The position numbers and the translations under genes are program-made. The notes under the pieces are model-generated. The model ran no database searches and was not told the origin of the DNA. It saw only the letters and a list, made by a program, of their open reading frames with translations. A DNA stretch of 32,000 bases, taken from positions 600,001 through 632,000 of the forward strand of contig BA000021.3 in assembly GCA_000008885.1 (NCBI GenBank). The letters are read 5' to 3'. Positions 27,747 to 32,000 of the stretch are shown here, piece after piece. Each line of letters starts with the position of its first letter. Positions within the stretch are counted from its first letter, which is position 1. Source of the stretch: Wigglesworthia glossinidia endosymbiont of Glossina brevipalpis. Lineage in GTDB: Bacteria > Pseudomonadota > Gammaproteobacteria > Enterobacterales > Enterobacteriaceae.

Positions 27747-28574
27747 ATGACATTAAATAAATGTAACCCAACAACTCCTAGTCGTCGTCATACAGTAAAA
27801 GTTGTTAACAATAAATTGTATAAAGGAAAATCATTTTTTAAATTAACAAAAAGCTTAAATAAATCAGGAGGAAGAAATAATCAAGGTAGAATTACAACTA
27901 GACATATAGGAGGAAGACATAAAAGAAAATATAGATTAATTGATTTTAAAAGAAACAAAGATGATATTTTAGCAAAAGTAAAAAGATTAGAGTATGATCC
28001 AAATAGATCTTCTAATATAGCATTAATTTCGTACGAAGATGGAGAAATGAGATATATTTTAGAAGCAAAAGGATTAAAAATAGGAGATAAAGTTCAATCA
28101 GGTATAAACGCTCCTATAAAAATAGGAAATGCTCTACCAATAAAAATGTTTCCTTTTGGATCAATTTTGCACAATATAGAAATTAAACCAGGAAAAGGTG
28201 GTCAAATAGCTAGATCAGCTGGATCATACGCTCAAGTAGTAACTCACGAAAAAAATTATGTAATTGTTAAATTAAGATCTGGCGAAATAAGAAAAATATT
28301 TTCTGAATGTAAAGCTACATTTGGAGAAGTTGGTAATAGCGAATATATGCTTAAATCTCTTGGAAAAGCTGGAGCAAATCGTTGGAGAGGTATAAGACCA
28401 ACAGTTCGTGGTACAGCAATGAATCCAATAGATCATCCTCATGGAGGAGGAGAAGGAAAAAATTTTGGAAAACACCCAGTATCTCCATGGGGTGTTCAAT
28501 CAAAAGGAAAAAAAACAAGAAAAAATAAAAGAACAGAAAAATATATTTTATATAACAGAAAATATAAAAAATAA
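27747..28574 (+). CDS. rplB: 50S ribosomal protein L2
   Basis: [99 protein letters not shown]. Confidence 0.97.
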   Translation: MTLNKCNPTTPSRRHTVKVVNNKLYKGKSFFKLTKSLNKSGGRNNQGRITTRHIGGRHKRKYRLIDFKRNKDDILAKVKRLEYDPNRSSNIALISYEDGEMRYILEAKGLKIGDKVQSGINAPIKIGNALPIKMFPFGSILHNIEIKPGKGGQIARSAGSYAQVVTHEKNYVIVKLRSGEIRKIFSECKATFGEVGNSEYMLKSLGKAGANRWRGIRPTVRGTAMNPIDHPHGGGEGKNFGKHPVSPWGVQSKGKKTRKNKRTEKYILYNRKYKK

Positions 28575-28590
28575 AAAAGGATTTATTTAT

Positions 28591-28869
28591 ATGCCTAGAT
28601 CTTTAAAAAAAGGACCTTTTATAGATTTTCATTTATTGAAAAAAATAGAAGAAATAAAACAAACAGGAAAAAAAAAACTTATTAGAACTTGGTCTAGACG
28701 TTCGACAATTTTTCCAGATATGATAGGAATGACTATTTCAGTCCATAATGGGAAACAACATATTCCTATTTTTATAGGAGACGAAATGGTTGGTCATAAA
28801 CTTGGAGAATTTGTTCCTACCAGAACTTATAGAGGACATTCTGCTGATAAAAAAATCAAAAAACGTTAA
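28591..28869 (+). CDS. rpsS: 30S ribosomal protein S19
   Basis: [41 protein letters not shown]....[19 protein letters not shown]. It is 92 aa as in E. coli, with AAGGA upstream. The ORF-track start at 28441 is a run-on upstream of the true ATG. Confidence 0.95.
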   Translation: MPRSLKKGPFIDFHLLKKIEEIKQTGKKKLIRTWSRRSTIFPDMIGMTISVHNGKQHIPIFIGDEMVGHKLGEFVPTRTYRGHSADKKIKKR

Positions 28870-28888
28870 ATAAAAATAAAGGTTTTTT

Positions 28889-29224
28889 ATGGAAACAGTT
28901 GCTCATCATCGTTATGCTAAATCTTCTTCTCAAAAAGTTCGTTTAGTTGCTGATTTAATCAGAGGCTGTGACGCATCAAGAGCTATGGAAATATTAAATT
29001 TTTCTAATAAAAAAGCAGCTAGATTAATAAAAAAGATATTGAAATCTGCAATATCTAATGCAGAACATAATGAAGGAGAAAATATAGAAAATTTAAAGAT
29101 AAAAACAATATATGTTAATCCAGGACCAAGTATAAAAAGAATTATGCCAAGAGCAAAAGGAAGATCAGATAGAATATTAAAACGTACTAGTCATATAACA
29201 ATAGTTTTATCTGGTAAAAAATAA
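28889..29224 (+). CDS. rplV: 50S ribosomal protein L22
   Basis: [62 protein letters not shown]. Confidence 0.96.
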   Translation: METVAHHRYAKSSSQKVRLVADLIRGCDASRAMEILNFSNKKAARLIKKILKSAISNAEHNEGENIENLKIKTIYVNPGPSIKRIMPRAKGRSDRILKRTSHITIVLSGKK

Positions 29225-29240
29225 TTTAGGAGAAATTACA

Positions 29241-29951
29241 ATGGGACAAAAAGTAAATCCAAATGGTATCAGGCTTGGTATAATTAAGTCATGGAGCTCT
29301 ACTTGGTATGCAAATACTAAAGAATTTTCAAAAAATTTAATTAGTGATTTTAAAGTTAGAGAATTTTTAAAAAAGTCTTTATCTAAAGCATATGTATCTA
29401 AGTTAATCATAGAAAGACCTGCGAAAAGTATTAGAATAAATATATATACCGCTAGGCCAGGAATAGTAATCGGAAGAAAAGGGGAAGATGTTGATAAATT
29501 AAGAAAAGAAATATCTAACATTACCGGAGTTCCTGCTCAAATTAGTATTACAGAAATTAAAAGGCCGGAATTAGATGCAAAATTAGTATCAGAAAATATA
29601 GCTTCTCAATTAGAAAGAAGAATTATGTTCAGAAGAGCTATGAAACGTGCAGTACAAAATGCAATTAGATTAGGAGCAAAAGGAATAAAAGTAGAAGTAA
29701 GTGGAAGATTAGGAGGAGCAGAAATAGCAAGAAAAGAATGGTATAGAGAAGGCAGAGTTCCTCTTCATACTTTTAGAGCAGATATAGATTATAATACATC
29801 AGAAGCTCATACAACATATGGAATCATTGGAGTAAAAGTAACAATTTTTAAAGGAGAAATATTAGGAAACTCATCTCCATATATTAATGAAAAAAAATAT
29901 ATGCCCACTAAAAAGGGTAATAAAAAAATTAGAAAATATACAAAGGAATAA
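29241..29951 (+). CDS. rpsC: 30S ribosomal protein S3
   Basis: [106 protein letters not shown]....AHTTYG.IGVKV. Confidence 0.97.
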   Translation: MGQKVNPNGIRLGIIKSWSSTWYANTKEFSKNLISDFKVREFLKKSLSKAYVSKLIIERPAKSIRINIYTARPGIVIGRKGEDVDKLRKEISNITGVPAQISITEIKRPELDAKLVSENIASQLERRIMFRRAMKRAVQNAIRLGAKGIKVEVSGRLGGAEIARKEWYREGRVPLHTFRADIDYNTSEAHTTYGIIGVKVTIFKGEILGNSSPYINEKKYMPTKKGNKKIRKYTKE

Positions 29952-29954
29952 TAT

Positions 29955-30365
29955 ATGTTGCAACCAAAACGTACAAAATTTAGGAAAATGCAAAAAGGAA
30001 GGAATAGAGGTTTATCTGTAAATTCCGAAATTAATTTTGGTAAATTTGGCTTAAAAGCAATTCAAAGAGGAAGACTGACTTCGCGTCAAATAGAATCTGC
30101 TAGAAGAGCTATGTCTAGGTCAATAAAACGTCAAGGAAAAATTTGGATTAGAGTGTTTCCAGATAAACCAATTACTAAAAAACCTTTAGAAGTAAGAATG
30201 GGAAAAGGAAAAGGAAATGTTGAATATTGGGTTGCTTTAATACAGCCAGGTAAAATTTTGTATGAAATAGATGAAGTTTCAGAAACCATAGCTAGATATG
30301 CTTTTAAATTGGCAACAGCTAAGCTTCCCATTACAACTACATTTGTTAATAAAATGGTGATGTAA
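29955..30365 (+). CDS. rplP: 50S ribosomal protein L16
   Basis: [83 protein letters not shown]. Confidence 0.97.
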   Translation: MLQPKRTKFRKMQKGRNRGLSVNSEINFGKFGLKAIQRGRLTSRQIESARRAMSRSIKRQGKIWIRVFPDKPITKKPLEVRMGKGKGNVEYWVALIQPGKILYEIDEVSETIARYAFKLATAKLPITTTFVNKMVM

Positions 30366-30571
30366 TGAATTTAAAAAATTTAAGAAAAAAAAACAAAAAA
30401 GAACTTAACAATGAATTACTAAATTTACTACGTGAACAATTTAATTTGCGCATGCAAGCTGGAAATGGACAATTGCAACACACTCATCTTTTAAAAGAAG
30501 TACGTAAAAATCTTGCTTATGTAAAAATGTTAATTAATGAAGAAAAAAAAGGTAGAAATAATAATGGGTAA
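30365..30571 (+). CDS. rpmC: 50S ribosomal protein L29
   Basis: The start overlaps the rplP stop (TAATG). K.LR.K...[16 protein letters not shown]...GQLQ..HLLK.VR...A.VKT-like pattern. Operon position is as expected. Confidence 0.9.
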   Translation: MNLKNLRKKNKKELNNELLNLLREQFNLRMQAGNGQLQHTHLLKEVRKNLAYVKMLINEEKKGRNNNG

Positions 30572-30815
30572 AAAAAAATTACAAATCTTAAAAGGAAGTG
30601 TGATAAAAAATAAAATGCAAAAATCAATTGTTGTATCAGTAGAAAGATTTGTAAAACATCCAATTTATAAAAAATTTATGAAGAAAACAACTAAATTGCA
30701 TGTTCACGATGAAAATAACTCAAGCAAAGTAGGTGATGTTGTAGAAATACAAGAATGTAGACCTATTTCTAAAACAAAATCTTGGAAACTAATAAACATT
30801 AAAAAAAATAATTAA
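30564..30815 (+). CDS. rpsQ: 30S ribosomal protein S17
   Basis: L.G.V...[30 protein letters not shown]....GDVVEI.ECRP.SKTKSW.L. I use ATG 30564 ([11 protein letters not shown]...), which gives a length close to the 84-aa E. coli S17. The in-frame ATG at 30537 in the ORF track would add 9 residues and overlap rpmC further. Confidence 0.88.
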   Translation: MGKKKLQILKGSVIKNKMQKSIVVSVERFVKHPIYKKFMKKTTKLHVHDENNSSKVGDVVEIQECRPISKTKSWKLINIKKNN

Positions 30816-30920
30816 TATTTATACTAATCTAATTTTTAAAATTACAAAATTAGTATATATTATATATTTTATTTTATTGTTAATATATATTATATATAAA
30901 AATGTTTTAAGGTAATTTAA

Positions 30921-31292
30921 ATGATTCAAGTACAAACTATATTGTCAGTTGCAGATAATTCTGGAGCACGTTTAGTAATGTGTATTAAAGTTTTAGGAGG
31001 CTCTCGTCGTAGATATGCTAAAATATCAGACATAATAAAAATAGCTGTTAAAGAAGCTATACCTAGAGCAAAAGTAAAAAAAGGAGAAGTTTTAAAAGCT
31101 GTTATAGTAAGAACTAAAAAAAACTTGCATAGATCAGATGGATCAGTTTTAAGATTTGATAAAAACGCTTGTGTTTTATTAAACGATAGCACAGAACAAC
31201 CAATTGGAACTCGTATTTTTGGGCCAGTTACTAGAGAGCTAAGAACTGAAAAATTTATGAAAATAATTTCTTTAGCACCAGAAGTTTTATAA
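30921..31292 (+). CDS. rplN: 50S ribosomal protein L14 (first gene of the spc operon)
   Basis: [28 protein letters not shown]...D.IK...KEAIPR.KVKKG.VLKAV.VRTKK...R.DGSV.RFD.NA.VLLN...[31 protein letters not shown]. It is 123 aa as in E. coli. Confidence 0.97.
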   Translation: MIQVQTILSVADNSGARLVMCIKVLGGSRRRYAKISDIIKIAVKEAIPRAKVKKGEVLKAVIVRTKKNLHRSDGSVLRFDKNACVLLNDSTEQPIGTRIFGPVTRELRTEKFMKIISLAPEVL

Positions 31293-31309
31293 GCTAAAAA
31301 GGAATTAAA

Positions 31310-31624
31310 ATGTCAAAAAAAATAAAATTGAATGATGAAATAATAGTTCGTGTTGGTAAGTATAAAGGAAAAACTGGTAAAATAAAGAAAATTTTTTCTG
31401 ATGGAAAAGCAATTATTGAGGGAATAAATATATCAAAAAAACATAAAAAACCAACACCTAATGAAAAACAGTCTGGAGGAATTTTTGAAAAAGAACAACC
31501 AATTAGTTTATCTAATGTAGCAATATTTAACATAGATACAAATAAACCAGATAAAGTAAAATTCAAAATAGAAAAAGGTAAAAAATATAGAATATTCAAG
31601 TCTAATGGTAAAAAAATTAAATAA
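31310..31624 (+). CDS. rplX: 50S ribosomal protein L24
   Basis: KI...DE.IV..GK.KGK.GK.K, IEGIN..KKH.KP.P, GGI.EKE..I..SNVAIFN, FKSN. It is 104 aa as in E. coli. Confidence 0.95.
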   Translation: MSKKIKLNDEIIVRVGKYKGKTGKIKKIFSDGKAIIEGINISKKHKKPTPNEKQSGGIFEKEQPISLSNVAIFNIDTNKPDKVKFKIEKGKKYRIFKSNGKKIK

Positions 31625-31642
31625 ACTAATGGATAAATATAA

Positions 31643-32000
31643 ATGCAACTTTATGATTTTTATAAAAAAAATGTTTTAATAAAGTTAAAGAATAAATTTA
31701 ACTATAAATCTATTATGCAAGTTCCAAAAATTGAAAAAATTACATTAAATATGGGAGTTGGTAAAGCATCTTTTGATAAAAAATTATTAGAACATGCAGT
31801 TAACGACTTAACATTAATTTCTGGACAAAAGCCATATATAACAAAAGCTAAAAAATCTATAGCAAATTTTAAAATAAGACAAGGACATCCAATAGGATGT
31901 AAAGTTACTTTAAGAGGTAAATTAATGTGGTTTTTTTTTCAAAAATTAATTTGTATTGCAATACCAAGGATACGTGATTTTAGAGGTTTACCAGTAAAAT
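31643..32000 (+). CDS. rplE: 50S ribosomal protein L5 (3'-partial, runs off the window)
   Basis: ATG at 31643. M.L.D.YK..V...L...[22 protein letters not shown] resembles E. coli [43 protein letters not shown]. It continues ..[23 protein letters not shown]...[13 protein letters not shown]. This ORF is absent from the supplied track because it has no stop inside the window. Confidence 0.93.
   Translation, partial: MQLYDFYKKNVLIKLKNKFNYKSIMQVPKIEKITLNMGVGKASFDKKLLEHAVNDLTLISGQKPYITKAKKSIANFKIRQGHPIGCKVTLRGKLMWFFFQKLICIAIPRIRDFRGLPVK

Noticed and set aside
28441-28590. N-terminal 50-residue extension of rpsS in the ORF track (start at 28441, overlapping rplB).
   Set aside because: The extension ([13 protein letters not shown]...) has no S19 counterpart and overlaps the conserved rplB C-terminus out of frame. 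ATG 28591 gives [10 protein letters not shown] and the canonical 92-aa S19, with an AAGGA upstream.
30537-30563. Upstream ATG for rpsQ at 30537 (MKKKKVEII-).
   Set aside because: It adds 9 Lys-rich residues absent from S17 and overlaps rpmC by 35 nt. ATG 30564 gives the expected length. This is not fully excluded.
30816-30920. Inverted repeats ATACTAAT...ATTAGTAT / CTAATTTT...AAAATTAG between rpsQ and rplN, as an S10-operon terminator or spc promoter element.
   Set aside because: The two alternative pairings overlap. The stems are A/T-only and 8 bp with long loops, and there is no clear U-tract. This is within chance expectation for this composition.
31294-31599. 101-aa ORF covering almost all of rplX on the opposite strand. 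Similar shadows of ribosomal-protein genes lie at 28272-28499, 29207-29521, 30131-30331 and 30926-31192.
   Set aside because: These are the same compositional artefact. They have no start context or homology, and the sense genes are highly conserved ribosomal proteins.

Overview
This window is core housekeeping DNA from an extremely AT-rich, reduced genome of an Enterobacterales-derived endosymbiont. By eye it is about 20% GC, and the spacers are almost pure A/T. A tsetse or aphid-type symbiont such as Wigglesworthia or Buchnera is my guess only and is not verifiable here. Standard code 11 is in use: TGA ends hemH and htpG at the expected lengths, and Trp is TGG. Every long sense ORF is recognisable by direct similarity to E. 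coli proteins. In order they are rpoB (5' partial), rpoC, 4.5S RNA (ffs), hha, dnaX, ybaB, htpG, adk, hemH, tRNA-Ser(UGA), yccA, ispF, ispD, ftsB, bamD, rluD, a degraded clpB, metG, dcd, cpxR, gpsA, grxC and yibN. These are followed by the S10 and spc ribosomal-protein operons, rpsJ through rplE (3' partial). The layout is a mosaic of E. coli synteny blocks joined by short junctions or by 330-460 bp near-pure-AT spacers. Several genes expected inside the blocks are cleanly missing: tomB, recR, yfiH/pgeF, cpxA and secB. I see no CRISPR array, mobile element, toxin-antitoxin or defence island, and no unassigned multi-gene cluster. I therefore cannot support a novel system here. The most interesting items are a clpB relic, an apparently orphan cpxR, retention of hha, and a dnaX cut to the clamp-loader core. 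The clpB relic lacks its N- and M-domains and most catalytic residues, has one frameshift in the P-loop, and still stays open for about 540 codons. The cpxR has an intact phospho-acceptor pocket but no adjacent cpxA. All homology calls come from my own reading of the translations against remembered E. coli sequences, and no searches were run.
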